NCBI GenBank assembly: GCA_040218735.1
Contig: JAVJQW010000046.1
Coordinates: 96,001 to 160,000 of the forward strand
Direction: 5' to 3'
Origin: Deltaproteobacteria bacterium
GTDB taxonomy: Bacteria > Myxococcota > Kuafuiibacteriia > Kuafuiibacteriales > Kuafuiibacteriaceae
DNA length: 64,000 nucleotides
The notes under the pieces were generated by a model. It had not been told where the DNA came from, ran no database searches, and saw only the letters and a list, made by a program, of their open reading frames with translations. Both the position numbers and the translations under genes were made by a program. This document shows, piece after piece, positions 62,911 through 64,000 of this stretch (its first letter is position 1; each line of letters opens with the position of its first letter).

Positions 62911-64000
62911 CGCCGCCCACCGATACCAGACGTGCGGACCGAAGCCGATTGATCGCGGCGGCGATTTCGAAGCGGCGCGGGCGGGCGAAGTGCCCGGGGT
63001 GCCGTCCGGCGCGGACGAAGGGGTCCAGACCGTCGAGGCCATCGGCGTCGAACCGGGCCTGCTGGCGGGTGAGGGCCTCGGCGAGCGCGTCGTCTTCGAG
63101 GTCACGGCGGAGGTCCTCCAGCGCATACCCGACCGCGCGGGTCTGGCTGGTGTCGACGAGCTGCTCGACGCCGCCGAGATCGATCTCCGTGGTGCCGAAC
63201 GTCAGGCGGTCGACGGCGCGCACGTCGATCTTCACGTCGCGTTTGCCGCGGGCGGCGTTGATCGTACGGCGCTCGATCCCCCGACGCCGCGGCGCCACGA
63301 GGGGCGCGTCGTTCTCGCGGCGACGCCCGGTCGGGTGAGCCTCCGCGATCGCGTGCGCCTCGGCGGTGACGTCCTTCGGACGGTACGCGTCCATCTGCAC
63401 CACGGTGTTCGCCTGGTCGAAGTAGTCGCCGCTGCCGCCCATCACGAGCACCGTCGAGACGCCGAGCGTTTCGTAGAGCTCGCGTACGCGATCGACGAAT
63501 GGGGTGATCGGCTCGCGGTCGGCGTGCACGAGCGCCTGCATCCGCGCGTCGCGGACCATGAAGTTGGTGGCGGAGGTGTCCTCGTCGAGGAGCAGCGTCG
63601 TGGCGCCGACTTCGATCGCTTCGACGATGCTCGCCGCCTGACTCGTGCTGCCGCTGGCGTCGTCGGTCGAGAACGCGGTGGTCGTTCGCCCGCCCGGGAG
63701 CGCGCCGATGAACGGGCTGATGTCGACGGACGAGATGTGGCGGCCGTCCTCCGCGCGAATCTTCACCGCGTCGTGATCGGTGACGACACGTTCGCGACCG
63801 TCGTCCGGGACGTGGTCGTAGACGCCGCGCTGGATCGCGGAGAGGAGCGTCGACTTCCCGTGGTAACCGCCGCCGACGATCAGCGTGACACCGCGCGGGA
63901 CCCCGAGCCCGCGCACCGGGCCGGGCGGGTGCAGGCCCTCGAGCTCCACCGCGAGTGATTCGGGGGCGACGAAGGGGACGACGTCGGGGCCCGAGAGCGG
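62894..64000 (-). CDS. Predicted ABC-class ATPase domain protein, 5' end beyond the window
   Basis: Walker A GGGYHGKST, IRAEDGR, ASGSTSQAA, LLDEDTSATNFM, EPITP. Confidence 0.9.
   Translation of the reverse strand, partial: PLSGPDVVPFVAPESLAVELEGLHPPGPVRGLGVPRGVTLIVGGGYHGKSTLLSAIQRGVYDHVPDDGRERVVTDHDAVKIRAEDGRHISSVDISPFIGALPGGRTTTAFSTDDASGSTSQAASIVEAIEVGATTLLLDEDTSATNFMVRDARMQALVHADREPITPFVDRVRELYETLGVSTVLVMGGSGDYFDQANTVVQMDAYRPKDVTAEAHAIAEAHPTGRRRENDAPLVAPRRRGIERRTINAARGKRDVKIDVRAVDRLTFGTTEIDLGGVEQLVDTSQTRAVGYALEDLRRDLEDDALAEALTRQQARFDADGLDGLDPFVRAGRHPGHFARPRRFEIAAAINRLRSARLVSVGGDEETD

Noticed and set aside
63-63958. Numerous long Arg/Pro/Ala-rich overlapping ORFs (e.g. 8420..10330, 10568..12241, 23680..25473, 62336..63958)
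   Set aside because: Typical high-GC antisense or off-frame shadows of well-supported genes, with no recognisable motifs.
1-64000. tRNA, rRNA, transposase or prophage genes
   Set aside because: No cloverleaf, rRNA-like tract, DDE motif or phage structural gene was recognised; intergenic gaps are mostly short.

Overview
High-GC bacterial chromosomal segment, most consistent with Myxococcota/deltaproteobacteria (MYXO-CTERM-like sorting signal, spoIID-queA-tgt synteny, Ser/Thr kinase, many lipoproteins); the taxon is inferred. About 55 real CDS lie under many shadow ORFs. Housekeeping and signalling genes: REC-PAS-GGDEF, Hpt, GST, moeA, gdhA, gloA, queA, tgt, RluA-family synthase, SDRs. Notable loci: (1) a splicease-type radical SAM/SPASM operon with a 207-aa candidate protein substrate (LYA, not the canonical YG) and a stand-alone zinc-ribbon partner; (2) an uncalled selenoprotein (in-frame TGA at 13972 plus a SECIS-like hairpin); (3) a Tat-signal ThDP enzyme coupled to a Tat-signal, circularly permuted D-amino-acid oxidase; (4) an integrase-less integron cassette array (one intact attC, several decayed) carrying HEPN, SMI1/KNR4 and nucleotidyltransferase genes, sitting at a G-to-C strand-skew inversion; (5) an uncalled RAPP arrest-peptide-like ORF; (6) a GH13 protein with an internal MYXO-CTERM fused in frame to a second lipoprotein; (7) a CHAT protease / zf-HC2 anti-sigma / subtilase / ECF sigma cluster with two similar promoter-in-hairpin elements. 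No tRNA, rRNA, CRISPR array or transposase was recognised. All family calls come from reading motifs, not database searches.
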